NCBI GenBank assembly: GCA_002104945.1
Contig: MCFH01000093.1
Span: 55,147-119,146 of the forward strand
Direction of reading: 5' to 3'
Length of the DNA: 64,000 nucleotides
Origin: Piromyces finnis finn
Taxonomy: Eukaryota > Fungi > Neocallimastigomycota
A model generated the notes under the pieces. That model ran no database searches, was not told where the DNA came from, and saw nothing but the letters and a program-made list of their open reading frames with translations. The position numbers and the translations under genes were made by a program. Shown here piece by piece: positions 41,093 to 55,308 of the stretch; the first letter of the stretch is position 1, and every line of letters starts with the position of its first letter.

Positions 41093-44000
41093 CTAATCTT
41101 CCGTTTGAGTTGTTTCAATGAATCTGATATTAAGTTTATGATAGTTTTTGTTGTTAAGAGTTATTAAATTATTAGTAAAGAATATAAAATATATTAAAAA
41201 TATAATATGATTTAATATTTATATACCTTTTGAATTTTTCATTTTTGTTAACAATTGATTGAGGAACAAGGAATACAAATGAAACTAATGAATCCATTTC
41301 TCTAATTTTCTCATTATATATTTTATTGAATACAAATAAATCAAATATTAAAAATATTGCAATACCAAATATGATAAGAGTAGTTTCCGATTGAGAATTA
41401 CTTTCCATAATTTGGAATAAATAGTCTGTAAATTTATAATTTAAGTATTGTATATCACCGACAATATTATCAATTATACTTTCTTGGAATTTAAAGAAAT
41501 TATCATTCCAAATTTGATCAAATATTATTCTTATATTTTCCTTAGATGAAAATGGTAAACTAATATATTTTCCATCATCAACATCATTTATAAAATTCTT
41601 AACATAAAATAGATATGTTCTAATTAATTCATCCAATGGTAAAGTACCGACATCTTCCGAAAAACCTTGATACGATATATATATATATATATTATATTGA
41701 TTAGTACAAATATTCAGTTAATTCTTCAATAAAACTTTTTTAATTGCTTACCGTAACTACTGTCATAAATAACGTCATCACAAGTAGTACCAGAATGTGC
41801 TAATGCTAATCTATGACAACCATTTTCTTTAATAACATCATCTACAAATGGATATTTATTGAAAGTTGGACCACCATAAGAACCAGATTTTAATTCATCT
41901 TGAATAGTCTAATTATTAAATATATTAATAATATAAATATATTAAATTCTAAATAAATTGCAACCTAATTAAATTTAACTAACCTCAATTTTATTAACTA
42001 AATCATTTAAAATTCTATTAGGTTCATCTTCCAAAAAGATAGATCTATCTTGATTAATAACTTCATATGTAAAGTGTTGAATACTCATAAGTATTGAATA
42101 TCTATCAGACTATTTATATTATAAAATTTAAAAATAAATTCAGTTAATATTAATTAATAATATTTAAATATATAACAATTAAGTGATTTTAATAATTTAC
42201 AGATTTTGATAAAATGGATAAAACGTCATGAGAATCCGTAACTGTATTCTGTTTAAAAAAATATATTAATATAATTTAATGATGAACTTAAAATGTAATA
42301 CTTTTAATTATAATTAATATTTACAATCACTGGCAACATTGCAATAATAATATAAATCAAAATAGCAAAAAGAGACAATATCAGCTTCAAATTATTATTA
42401 CTATTACCATTCATAAGTTTACTCTTTATATTAGTTTCGTAATTTTCTTTATCAAGATCGAAACTTTGACATAAAGTTTCAATTTTTTCTTCATAATCTG
42501 TAATAACTTGTTCGAAATTTTCTAATAATATATGTAATTGATATTTTTCAATTTTAGTATTATTTTTCTTATCATACACATGAAAAATATTGTTTTATTT
42601 TTACCTTTCGAGAAATATTTGAATGTCTTGAAGGAAGAAAATACAATTTTACTTACTGATTTATTGAGAGGAACAAATGCTAGTGATAAAATTATAATAG
42701 TATTTTAAATAAGTTTAGTATGTATTAAGTAACTAATATTAAATATATAGCCTATTACAATAAAATTTAATATTTTATTTATATAGTTGATTTAAATAAA
42801 TTGAATATTTACTAATATAGGCAATTGCTAATGTTATTATTACTAATACTACTTCAAGACAAAAAACAATATATTCTAGATTAGTCAACAAGTCGAGAAT
42901 ATGATTACTTAATATTTCCTTGCATTGATTAAAAACATGATCAAAGTTACTTTTTGAATTTGCTATTAATATTAAAAAAGTGAAAATAAAAAATAATTAA
43001 TAATTCATTTATTTGTTAATTTTATTATTATTTATTATAATATTATTATTTTATTACCAATGAAATATCTAATAATAAAATAAATAAATAATAAGATTGC
43101 AAAAAAATAATTAGTTTAATGATAAATAAAAATAAAAATAGATATTTATTTTATATAAAAATATCCTTACTTGAAATGGGGTTCATATATAATATCATAA
43201 ACGGTTTCATTAGGAGTTAACATATCTATAAAAAAAAAATTAAAAAATTGAATTTAATATTTATAACTTTATTGAATATAATTTCTGCTGCTTTAATACC
43301 TCTATTAACGCAGTATAATGTATTTGAGATAAAGTATTTATAAGAATCAGCTAGAGTTAAAGTTTCATAAGAATCAAATGAATATTTTCCAACGGAAGTA
43401 ATTAATGGATTATCAATAGGAATATCCATATATGTTGATACGTTGTTCATGTTGGTATCAATTAAATAAAATAATGCACCTCTAAGAGTACCAATATTTT
43501 TACCATAATTTCTATAATCATTCAATATTAAGTTATAAGAAAGTTGTCTAATTCTAAATTGTATTGTTTTCATAGATGCTGGAATATTAACAGTTTGAGC
43601 ATGAAGATCTCCTTTTATTTTAACAGTATTAAATACCATAATTGTAATAATAGCTCTTTTATATTTTTATTAAAATTTAAATGCATTTTGATAAATTAGA
43701 TTAATATAATACTAACGTATATATATTATACTTATATTTTCGATACTTACTGTATACAGAATATAATGATAAATAAAAAGGTAAGAAAAGTCATTCTATT
43801 CTTAAGATTTTTAATTGGTGTAATGAATTTTTTAATCATTAAATTCCTATATAGGTAGTATTATAAAAGAATTAGTTAAATATTTATTTTTATTCTATAT
43901 AATATTGTGTAATGCACATAATAACAATTAAATATACTTTGAATTAATTTTCTTTCTAAGTTCTCTTCCCATTCCCGATGCTGAAAAGTCTTCAGAATGA

Positions 44001-47000
44001 GACATTGATCCTAATGAATTTGAAGATGAAAGCGATTTCTTATATTTAATATTATTTTCACTTGACATTTTTTCATTTGAAGGTGTCTTTTCACATTGAT
44101 ATGGATTCTAAAAGCAAATCAAATATAATAATAATATAATAATAATTAATACTTTTTAAACTTTTATTTTTTTTGAGTTTTTATTATATTACTAAATTAA
44201 TAATTTACCCCATTAGCATATTTATACTTGTTTATTCAAAATTACGTGATAAATGTATAAAATGATTATTTTCTATTAGAAAAGAAATATTTATGTTTTT
44301 TATTATAATATATCTTAATTTAAAACTTACAGCTAATTCATCTTTGTTCTATATATATTATTAATTATTAATATAAATAATTTTATAAATTATTAGCATA
44401 AATATATATATATATATATAAGTTAATAAAATCTTATTATTCTTACCATAACATCTATTAAGAATAAAACATAGAGTTTTATTACATCCTATAATATATA
44501 TAATATATATAAAAATATTTTAATGAGATTATACATTTTAAAATATAGTATATATGTATATATTGTATTGTATACATTTTTTATAGTTTATTTAAACATT
44601 TACCTTAGAATCTGGATATTGTCTAATAATTCTATTATATTGCGAATAAGTGGAATCTCGTAATTTGCAGATTTTTGTAATATTACTATTATATGTTGAA
44701 ATATCTTTTGTATTTGTACTACTTCTTAATTTTTTAAACAATTCTTTAATTTCTTGTAAGCATTGGATATGTGACACAGCAACTTTTGTTTTCAATTCTT
44801 CAAGTCGAATAGATGCTTCTCTAAAAATTTTAAATTGAATGAAAAAATAAAATGAATACATTTATATTTTATAAGAATATACATAGTTTCATTAATATAA
44901 TACATACACATCTGCTGTATTTATATTCATAGAATTTTCTCTTTTTTCAATTTCATTATAACATTCTGCTCTATTTATTAAGTATTTTTTTCTAGCATCT
45001 AATTTAAGGTCCATTGCATTATATAAAATATTATTACAATTGAAAAGCTCTGCATTGTAATCTTGTAATAAATTATTATCTCTATAAAATATTTTCATGG
45101 AATGAATGTAATACCATGCCATAATATAAACCTATTGGTTTTTTAATAATTTAATTAAATATGAAAAAATATTTGCAACAATTATATATAACTTACATCG
45201 GCTTCATGCTTAAATTGTAACATTCTGTAAATATCAATTAATTATTGTATTAGAATTTATTTTGAATGACATGATAATAATATATTAATAATATAATACC
45301 CTTCATCAAATATTTTTCTCATTAATGTAAAGGCTTCAAGATTTCTATTGTTTCTGTTAGTAGTAATCATTAATATATATTTAAATATTATATAATAATA
45401 AATATTAATATTTAAAAATTTTTATATTATAAATATTTTTTAATGAATCGTTTTTTCCTACCTTAGGAATCTACAAGAAAACTCACATTCATAGAAACTA
45501 TTAAACACTTTAATTTCTTTTTTAATGAAAACCTCATTTGCTAATATATATTTATTTTTATAATAAAATATAAGGTTATATTTATGAACAATAGAATAAA
45601 GAATTAATATATTTTAAATCATAAATAAATTAATTACTGATTCTTTCAATTGATTTATAAACATCTTTTTTCTGTAATTTAGTTGGTCCATATCTTAATT
45701 CATCAACGGAAGTGCTTTTTCTTAAATCACTAACCATTTTCTTTTCATTGAATTTCTTGAAAATTCTCTTTAAAGATTTTTTATAGTAATACTCGTTATA
45801 TTTATAGCTGATGACGAAAATAATTGCAAATATTATAAAGGAAGTATCTGCGATAAACTTGGTCTTATTAATATTAATTAAACATGTTAATAAAGAATAC
45901 AATGAAAATATAGCTATTGAAGAATAAACTGCAAATCTGTAATTATTAACTGTACTTGAATAATATGGTTGTGTTTTTAATTGAGAATAAGCAAAGTATA
46001 AAAAAATGACCATATTAATCAATATAAAAATACTTTGCATTTTTTCAAAATTAATTGAATTAGCTCTGAAAAAGTTAGGAAAGACATTATTATACATTGC
46101 CTATTGTTAATAGAAGAATGTTGCATAATATTAGTAAGAAGTTTTTAATTCTGCAAATATTTATATATAATTACCAAATAAAACTTTGTAAACATTAATT
46201 TATTATTATTTGCTCTATGAATAGATCCAAATAATTTGCTTTCAGATAAACAGTTTGTATTAAAGAAGAAGTTATTGTACTAAATTTTTATATTATTTTA
46301 TTAAAAAAATGCGTCAAATTAATAGTCGCAACAACAATAATAATAGTAGGAGTAATAATTAAAATGATAATTTTATTAATATTTATTTAGAATATTTATA
46401 AATACCATATAATTATAAAATATAATTGCAAAAATATTTCCATATGTAAGAAATACTCTATATATCATTAAATATATATATAGTTGTTAATATCATTGTT
46501 ATTAAAATAACAATACTATATTTAAGTTATTTTGTTTTTGTTTTTATATCCATATTATATATAAATATATTACAATATATCATTTTTTTGGCTTGAACAT
46601 TCATGAATACCCTCCAAGAAATATGAATGTTTACATACATATATAACATTTGTGAAGAAACTGAATACTATTATATATATATTTTCATTGAAAATTTACA
46701 ATTAGATAAAAAATACTTTAAATACTTAAGAATGTAAAATATACCAATTTACCAATTGATAACGAATATCTATCATAATGTACATTATATGTATAAATAA
46801 TTTTGTTAATATATAATAAATTTAAAAAAAATATATAATATATTTACCTAAATATTATATGGTAAAATGAATTATAAATCTATATATTATTTTATCAAAA
46901 TATGATATAGTGATGAGATATATGTTATTATATATATTATATTTTCATTTCATAATAAAAGTTATAATAGATACATATAAATGTTTCTTTGAAAGACTTT

Positions 47001-47683
47001 TTCTATTTTTTTTTTATTAAAGAAAAAAAAAATTGTTAAAATATTAACAATTCATATTAATTAGATATATCTATATATAATTTAAAATATAACCTTCCAT
47101 TTGACTGAATATAGAAACCTATATAAATAAGTATTATGTGTTATATATAATATTAATGATTGTCGTAAATGAAAAAGTGATAGATATAGTATTAAATTCT
47201 TACATAATATAAAGAATAAATAAAATAAAGCTAAACCAAGGAAAATATTAAAAAGATCTGTATATTATTTTTTATTAATTATAGTGAATTATAAAAATGT
47301 TTTTTAAATTATTTATATAATCATTCTATTTTATTATACCATAAAACACATTATTTGTAATATCTGGATTAAATAAGGCATATATATTTAAAACCCATTT
47401 TCTAATATTTGGAAATGATTTATTATTAATAATATATTGAAGATACTGTAAATCTATATATGAATATAAATAAATATAAATTTATTAAGAATTTTTTTTA
47501 TTTAATACTTGTTGTTATTTTAATTGCTCTTTTAATATATGTACCTTCAAAAACCATTAAAAATGGTATCAACCAATCTACAGGAACATCGTGTGGAAGG
47601 GAATTAAAGAAGGGTGAAACTCTTCTCTATTTTATATATATATTTAATATATTTAATCTATATTATTTTTTTTTCTAGACCAT
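41093..47683 (-). CDS. Large multi-exon TmcB/TmcC-like (tiny macrocysts family) multipass membrane protein; 5' end approximate
   Basis: In-strand exon ORFs at 45630-46097 (TM helices), 44892-45122, 44592-44861 (YSQYNRIIRQYPDSK, TmcB TPR-like motif), 43226-43639, 42304-42579 and 41172-41636 (terminal TM, then EMDSLVSFVFLVPQSIV). The last exon splices to a stop at 41093-41095. Confidence 0.6.
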
Positions 47684-48821
47684 TGATATTTTATTATTTT
47701 TTCTTTTTCCAATTTTATATTTTTAAAAGACTTACTTCAAACCCATTATATTTTATTTTACTAGTGGTTTTAATTGAATTATTATTATTCATTTTTACAA
47801 ATTAATAATAATAATGAAATTATAATTTATATATATTTTTTATAAAGAGATTACTCAAAGTTATATATATATAAAAAAAACAATAAAAAGAATAATAAGA
47901 TAAAATATATTCTTTAATTTTTTTAAAATAAAATTTTTAAAGTTAATTAGAGTATGAAGTTTATTTTTTTTAAAAAAAAAACCCTTAAAAACAAATTATT
48001 TAATTAAATCAATAAATAGATGAATTTTATTGCTTATTATTGATTACTGTTGTGTTAATACTAAAAAAAAGGTAATAGGTAATATTAAAAATTATTTATA
48101 AATTTCTTATTTAACATGAAGTCTTAAGTTTTAGACAAAAAACATATTTTTTTTTCCATTATTTTAACTTCAAAGTTTAAATTGTTTAACTTTATTTATA
48201 AAATTTATAACAATTCATCCTTTTAAATATTAATTTACATTAAAATGAAAAATGGAATCTAAATATTCTAACAATTAGCAATTATTAACATGTTCAATTT
48301 TTTAAAATTAATAAATTTTTCAATAGATATAAATAAAAAGAAATAGTAATTAAGAAATTTCTTAAAATATCTAAATTAAAAGAAATAAACTTAATTATAT
48401 TTGTTATTACCATCATAGGAAAACAATTAAAATATTTATAAAATTTCAGTAACTTTAAGTTTAAAAGTATCCTATTTATCAATTTATCTTTTAAAGAGAT
48501 CTAGAAAAGGTGCGTATCTTTTTTTGGGATCAAGATCGGGCCTCATAGCACCTTTCTCTAGATCTAAGATATTTTAAAAATAGAATGGAAAAAAAAATCA
48601 TATTAATTATTATAAAATTAATATTTTTTTATTTTTCTTTTTGGTTTATTTCAATTTTTATTTATTTTTTTTTTATTTCTAATTATAATTATTTTTTTTA
48701 CAAATGATATATAATTATTTTGGTATCTTATGGTTAGGTTAAATAAATTAATATTTTTATAATAAATTAGCTTTTTTTTTTTTAAAAAAAAATTATATTA
48801 TTATTATTTGAGGATAATAAA

Positions 48822-50620
48822 CTATTCCCAAAGACTTGGGTTATTGTAATATTCATCAACTGGTTCACTGAACCAACGACCATTTAAAACATTAGTAATT
48901 GCTAAAGTTTTTCCATTGTCAGAAACACTGATATCGTCTTCCATTCTACTAATAATTTCAGCAAAGGAAGTAGAGACATTTTTACATTGAGCAGTAGCCT
49001 TACCATCAACAGCATCTAATACCATACTTAATGGTTGACTTGGAGTCCATGGTTTCCAATCAGAATTTCCCTTTTCATTTGGATTACCTCTTCTAAGGAA
49101 GTTCTTTAATTGTTTGTTAAATATGGCAGCCATATCTTGGTATTCAGAACTTTCGAAATCGTAAATATCAGAATAGGTATTATCATTTGAAAGCATTGGA
49201 ATGAATATACCATGGAAGGAACCAACAACTTCAATTGGATAACCACTGTTTTGAGCTCCGAAATCAACTTGACAAACATAAATATCTGATTTATACTTGT
49301 TAAACATCTTTTCAGCACTACTTTGAGCGTTAAATATTCTGTACATATCAGAACCATAGGTACAAGCAAAGTCCTTAGCTGGTTGAAGGTCAGTTCCTAA
49401 AGCAAAAGCACTTGGAGTGTACCAAATACCAGAACCAAGGTTAAAGAAACTAAATTCAGTACTACCAGTTAACATAAGTACTGGAACATCATTCCATTTA
49501 GAAGTTGAAAATCCTTCTTCTGGAATAACAACACCATCATTAAATAAGTGTGGAAAAACACTCATACGAATACCAGCGTTACCCATAAGAGCACATAATC
49601 TTTCAGAACTAACACTGTATAACCATTCTTTAACATCCATACCATCAGTCATTAACCAAGTTTTAGCTTCTTCTTCGGTTGCTGCCATGTTATCTTCAAC
49701 AGCTAATGGAGCAACAGCAGAAGCGGTTCTCTTAATACTATCATTAACATCAGCAATAGTCATACCACCAGAGAAGACAATAGCTTTATGGAATTTTTTA
49801 GCGAAAAGTGGACTAATTAACATAGCCATAACATCTCTACCACCAGCTGAAAAACCGGATATAGTAATGTTGTTTGGATCACCACCAAATTCTTTAACAT
49901 TATTCTTAATCCAATCTAAAGCTTTAGCCATATCGAGTAAAGCATAATTACCAGTAGATCCAGCTTCAGTATGGAGAGCAGGTAAAATATTAAAACCAAA
50001 AATACCTAAACGATAATTTATACTAATGTAAATAACATTATTTCTAATGACAATGTCATTTCCTTTTAATTCCTTAGATTCACCAGTTTGATTGTTACCA
50101 CCATGAATATAAACCATAACAGGTAACTTTTTGGCATTTTTAGGAGCATAAATATCTAAATTTAAACAATCTTCTGTACCAATGATATTATCAGAATCCA
50201 TTTGTAATGCAACTTCACCTGGAACAGTACAATCAAGAATATTATTCCATGGTTGTGGATCTACTGGAGCAGCCCAACGAAGATTTCCAGTTGGTTCTTC
50301 AGCATATGGGATATTATACCAAACTAAAACATCACCATCATCAGTAATTTTCTTTGTACCTTCAACTGAACCAAATTTTGTATTACGAATAAGTTCATTA
50401 TTACTATTATGAATAAAAAAATAATTTTTTTTTTAATTTTATGGTTAAATTTAAAAGTTTATAAAATATACAATCCATAATATATTAATATAAGAAAACA
50501 AGAATGAAAAAGAACTTACAATTGCTTTCTTTTTCCGAATTTTCTAACTTCTCTGGAATTGGAAAAGTCAATAAAGAAAAACGAAAATAACAGAAATGAA
50601 ACTAAACTAAGAATTTTCAT
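48822..50620 (-). CDS. Secreted type-B carboxylesterase (COesterase family); exons 50520-50620 and 48822-50403
   Basis: Signal-peptide-like exon 1 (MKILSLVSFLLFSFFFID). Motifs IPYA..P.G.LRWAAP, EDCLNLDIYAP, VMVYIHGG, GNYALLD, FGGDPNNITISGFSAG (nucleophile Ser) and a candidate catalytic His in GSFHG. Confidence 0.92.
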
Positions 50621-51222
50621 TTTCTTCTATTTTTAATTCTATTATTATTATTATTTTAATATAAAGTTGATTTTGATTATTATTATTATTGTTGAATTTT
50701 AAAAAAAAAAAAAAGATAAACAACTATATTTATATAATTTTACAATTTTACCAATTTTTATAATTTATGATTTTATTTTAATTATTATTTTATTATCCTA
50801 TTTAATATTGAATAAATTATTTTTTTAATTTTTTTATTAATTGGATATTTAAATGATTTTTTCTTTCTTTCTTTTTTTTTTTTATTATTATTTTATTCTA
50901 TAAATATTCAAAAATTCATATTCACAAATAAAAATTTAAACTAACCAGTAATAATTCTAATTTAATTATAATTAATAATACTAATAAAATTAAAAATATC
51001 AAATATATTAATGAATTATTTTGAAAAATTTCTCATAAATTTGATAATATAAATGATAATTAGATTCATATAAAAACTTTTAAGTTGAAAGAAATAAAAT
51101 ATAAAATATTTCATAGTAGGAAGACCTTTTTATCTATTTTCATTCATTGAATTATATATAGATTATTTATACCCTTATATATATATACTTTTTTTTTTTC
51201 GTTTTATTTATTATTATTTTAT

Positions 51223-51256
<34 letters not shown>

Positions 51257-52155
51257 TTTTTTTTTTGGAAATATTGACTTTTTCATCAATAATATTACTT
51301 AAATTATATAAAAATTTAAAAAAAAAAAAAAAAATCTTGGTCAGATAAAATTAGAAAAGAATTTCTCAGTCCTGAAACCAAAACTTAATATAGTTTAAAC
51401 TTTTTATTTTATTATTATACATATATATATATTGAATAGATATTGTATGTGTTAAAAGTATGCTAAAAAATAATAAAATATAATAATTAATGCTTCAATG
51501 TAGAAAAAGTAATATAAATTATATATTACTTTAATATATTTATATATTTTTTCTTTTCGTTTTGATACTTTTCATTTTGTTAAATTATAAATTTTTTCTT
51601 TTATATTTATTTATATTTTTTTTTTTTTTTTTTTTTTATTTATAACATAAATAATTTTAAATAAAAATGATGATAAATTAAATATTTTAAATATTTATAA
51701 ATAGTGAGAATAAATTAAATGAATATTAATAACTCTTTTTTTTCAAAAAAAAAAAAAAAAAAAGAAAACCTATTTTATACTTAATTTATTGTTGGATATA
51801 TTATACTAAATATTTCTATTAAATAAATAATTTAAATATTCAATAACAATAATAATTATTGAATCATAAATAATAGATTATATATATTATATAATGTTGT
51901 TTTATAGATATCAAATCTACCTCTAAATAAACAAACTGTCTATTTTATAAAATTAGAATTTATGATAAATAAATTATTTATCTATCCTTAAACTTTCATT
52001 AATATTCCTTCTTTTTTTTTCTACTTTTCAGCGTTAATAATCTCTTTGTAATTTATTTTTTTAAAGGTTTCTTTTTTTTTTTTTTTCGAAAAAAAAAAAA
52101 GTAGTTATGTAGTTATACAAAATAATTTTTATAACTCTTTTTATTCGTATTTACT

Positions 52156-55100
52156 TTAAAAAAAGTTATTGGTAGTAGATGAAGGACTCATTGGTGAAAA
52201 TATATTACCTCCTAAAATACTGCCTTTTATATCCATAGCATTACTACTTTGATTACCTAATAAAGATTTGGAATGGGCATCATCTAATCCAAAGTGTTCT
52301 TTAGAAAACTTTAAAATACCTTCATCTGTAAGATTATTATTACTGAAAAGACGTTCTTCTTCAACAATATTTGGATGTCTACCTTCTGGTACAGTTGGTA
52401 AACGATTTGGCATTAATGAAGATTCTGGGAAACTCTTACGTCTTCCTGCATTAATAAAGTCATTCATACCATTAGTCATGTCATTTAATGTAGTAGTAGA
52501 TGACGGAAGTGGAGATCCTTGTATAGAACCATTATTAGAGAATGGAGAATCTGGAACACTTTCATTTATAGATTGTAAAAATGAAAATGTTGGCATTGAA
52601 CCTACCATATTATCTTTCGTAAAGTTTCCTAATTGTCCAAAGTCAACACTTTCAGATCTTACTTTATTATTAAGGAATGAATTATTAAATGAAGAAGCCA
52701 TTGAATTATTATAAGTAGCATTTGGTGAAGAAACAGGATTGCATGCACTTAAAAATGAATTCATACCGTTTGGACTTAACATGCCATAATCAAAACTTTC
52801 AGATCTATTTTTTACCATATTAATACCTCCCATATTCATACTACCAAAACCTCCATTACTTTTCATACTTGGGGTTGTGTTAATTGCACTAATATTACCA
52901 GTAGAAGGTCTATAAAATAATTGAGATGGACTTTTTATATTTTCAAGTGATTGAAGATTATTACTATTTTCACGAGCTGATGACATTTGCATCATGTATT
53001 GTGAAAGATCATTGGTATGAGAAAATGGGGATGCAGCAACATTTATTCCTGAACTAGTTGTTCTACTGAAATCATTAATAATATTATTATTACCGCTAAA
53101 GATTTCATCAATTGCAGATGGATTGAAGCTATTTGGATGATTTGGAGTATTTGGTAAAGAGGAACCCATTCTTGATTGTAATGGGGAAACACTATTATTT
53201 AAAAAACCATTAGAAATAGATTGTGGAGTTGATGGAAGGAATGATGAATTATTCTTTGGAGTTGATGCTTTTTGAGAAACCTTTAAAAACGAATGAGGTG
53301 TACTAATTTTTTGTGTATTAATAGCTTGCTTAGCAAATAGATTGTTACTTGGAGTAGATGGAGTATTGATTAGTTCTTCAGTGGCATTAGATAAAGTATC
53401 ATCTCCAAAATCACTATCTTTTCCAGAAACCGATCCTGGTCCTTTGAAACTTGAAGCTTCATCATCTATAATAGGAATAGATGGCAAACCCATATGTGGT
53501 TGTTTTGGACTAAGGAATAAACTTGGAGTTCCCGGAGTAAATGGAGAAGCTGCAGCCGTTGATTGATTTAAGAAAAGATTTGAACTAATTTGAGAAGTGT
53601 TAACGTTTAATGGCTGTTTCATAAAGATATTATTTTGATTAAAAGAAGATGATAATGGACTCATCATACTTTGATTATTTTGATTAGCACGTTGATTATT
53701 TGGAGCAGTTTGGATATGTAAATTCTGTAACTTATACATCATCTTTTCATCAAGAATATCATTAGCAGGTAAAGAAGTACTCATACCATGCTTATTTATA
53801 ATTTTCCCATTGACTTCACCATAGTTATTATTCAACATTAATTCAGTATCTAATGGTGATGTTGGGTTAAAAGCCATTGAATTCATACCTAAAACATTAT
53901 TATAATTATTATTACTATCAATATTTAAATTTATAGCGGTATTATTTCCTCTTGGATTTTGACGTTGTGGAGGTGAACTCATCTTACGACGAGGAACAAA
54001 ACCAGTATTTAATGGATTTCCCACCATGTTTATTGAACCACCAAAAGAGGTAGAATAATTGAATGCTTGGCTTGTTGGAGTTTTCGCCATTGGTTCAAAA
54101 GAAGATGATATACCCTTTGAAAAATTAGTTTTATTATTTGTCTTAATTGGAACGGAAATTGATGGAGTAACAGTTTTTTCCTTTTCAGTATATTTAGTAA
54201 TATTTTTTGATTCCTCCTTTTCTGATTTTGATTTTTCTTTACTTTCTTCAATCTTTTTGTTATCAACTTCGTTCTTTTCTTCTGGTTCATCATTCGAAAT
54301 AATTTCTTCAGTAATACTAGTAGCTGTAACACTGTCACTTCCACTACGACTACGGCTATTATTGGTTACTTCACCTTCTTCATTAGTAATTGCTATAGTT
54401 TCACCTTCTGATAAATTAGTACTATCAGTAGAATTTTCCTTCTTCTTATTTACGGTACTAATATCCTGGAAAGATTTCTTAACATTATTTTTAGAGGGAG
54501 TGGTTGGAGTTTGAGTGTCTTCTTTCTTAGATAAATCACGACGTGTATGAATAAAACAACAACGCTTACCATATGGACAGGTACCTTGTTCCCAGAATGT
54601 TTTACACATTTCTGTTTTATATTTTGGATGACGATCTACGTGACGTAGTTCACTTTCAGAGTGAGCAAATTGACATTTTGAACCATAACGACATTGACCA
54701 GTTTCTTCATAGGAACGACAAAGTTCAGTTTTATATAAATTTGCCTTTTTATTATTTTGAGCACCTCCTGTATTTTCCATTGCTACAGGACTTAATAAAT
54801 TATTGTTTTGATCTTTCATTACAGGATTCATTCCTACCATCATTTCTTCATTACCACGATTACCTCCATTCATGAATGGGCCATTTGTACGTATATATGG
54901 AGTAGGAGACAATAATGGCTGTTGATGGTCTCCATACATTTCATAACCATTACGGAATGGAACAGGAATACTGAATTGATTCATTTCATTGGTAGGATGA
55001 ATTGGAGTAGTAGGTGTTGTCATACCACGAGATATTTCCCATTTTTGCTTACTGTTAGTATTATCATTTAATTCATAATTTTCAATTGTATCAGTAGCTG

Positions 55101-55308
55101 TATTGTACATTGGTCCATTATTCTGTGGTACCATTTGATTATTTGGATAATACATACTATTATACATATTATCTACACCTTTACTTGGAGAAAATGGAGA
55201 TTGTTGATGATGACCACTGAAATAATCTTGAATAAATTCTTGATTATTTGGAGTGTTAATTCTTGGAGGAACATTACCTCTTGACTGTGAAGCTGTTTGT
55301 CTCTTCAT
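52156..55308 (-). CDS. Tristetraprolin/TIS11-family tandem CCCH zinc-finger mRNA-decay protein (1050 aa)
   Basis: [25 protein letters not shown] and [25 protein letters not shown] with canonical lead-ins and 18-aa spacing. The remainder is N/S/P-rich low complexity. Confidence 0.93.
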   Translation of the reverse strand: MKRQTASQSRGNVPPRINTPNNQEFIQDYFSGHHQQSPFSPSKGVDNMYNSMYYPNNQMVPQNNGPMYNTATDTIENYELNDNTNSKQKWEISRGMTTPTTPIHPTNEMNQFSIPVPFRNGYEMYGDHQQPLLSPTPYIRTNGPFMNGGNRGNEEMMVGMNPVMKDQNNNLLSPVAMENTGGAQNNKKANLYKTELCRSYEETGQCRYGSKCQFAHSESELRHVDRHPKYKTEMCKTFWEQGTCPYGKRCCFIHTRRDLSKKEDTQTPTTPSKNNVKKSFQDISTVNKKKENSTDSTNLSEGETIAITNEEGEVTNNSRSRSGSDSVTATSITEEIISNDEPEEKNEVDNKKIEESKEKSKSEKEESKNITKYTEKEKTVTPSISVPIKTNNKTNFSKGISSSFEPMAKTPTSQAFNYSTSFGGSINMVGNPLNTGFVPRRKMSSPPQRQNPRGNNTAINLNIDSNNNYNNVLGMNSMAFNPTSPLDTELMLNNNYGEVNGKIINKHGMSTSLPANDILDEKMMYKLQNLHIQTAPNNQRANQNNQSMMSPLSSSFNQNNIFMKQPLNVNTSQISSNLFLNQSTAAASPFTPGTPSLFLSPKQPHMGLPSIPIIDDEASSFKGPGSVSGKDSDFGDDTLSNATEELINTPSTPSNNLFAKQAINTQKISTPHSFLKVSQKASTPKNNSSFLPSTPQSISNGFLNNSVSPLQSRMGSSLPNTPNHPNSFNPSAIDEIFSGNNNIINDFSRTTSSGINVAASPFSHTNDLSQYMMQMSSARENSNNLQSLENIKSPSQLFYRPSTGNISAINTTPSMKSNGGFGSMNMGGINMVKNRSESFDYGMLSPNGMNSFLSACNPVSSPNATYNNSMASSFNNSFLNNKVRSESVDFGQLGNFTKDNMVGSMPTFSFLQSINESVPDSPFSNNGSIQGSPLPSSTTTLNDMTNGMNDFINAGRRKSFPESSLMPNRLPTVPEGRHPNIVEEERLFSNNNLTDEGILKFSKEHFGLDDAHSKSLLGNQSSNAMDIKGSILGGNIFSPMSPSSTTNNFF

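Noticed and set aside
51000-52155. UUAUUUAUU AU-rich elements in the 3' region of the TTP-like gene (possible autoregulation)
   Set aside because: Expected by chance at this AT content.
52268-54875. Overlapping ORFs within the zinc-finger gene, the esterase and the 32043 ORF
   Set aside because: Antisense or alternate-frame shadows of strongly codon-biased genes.
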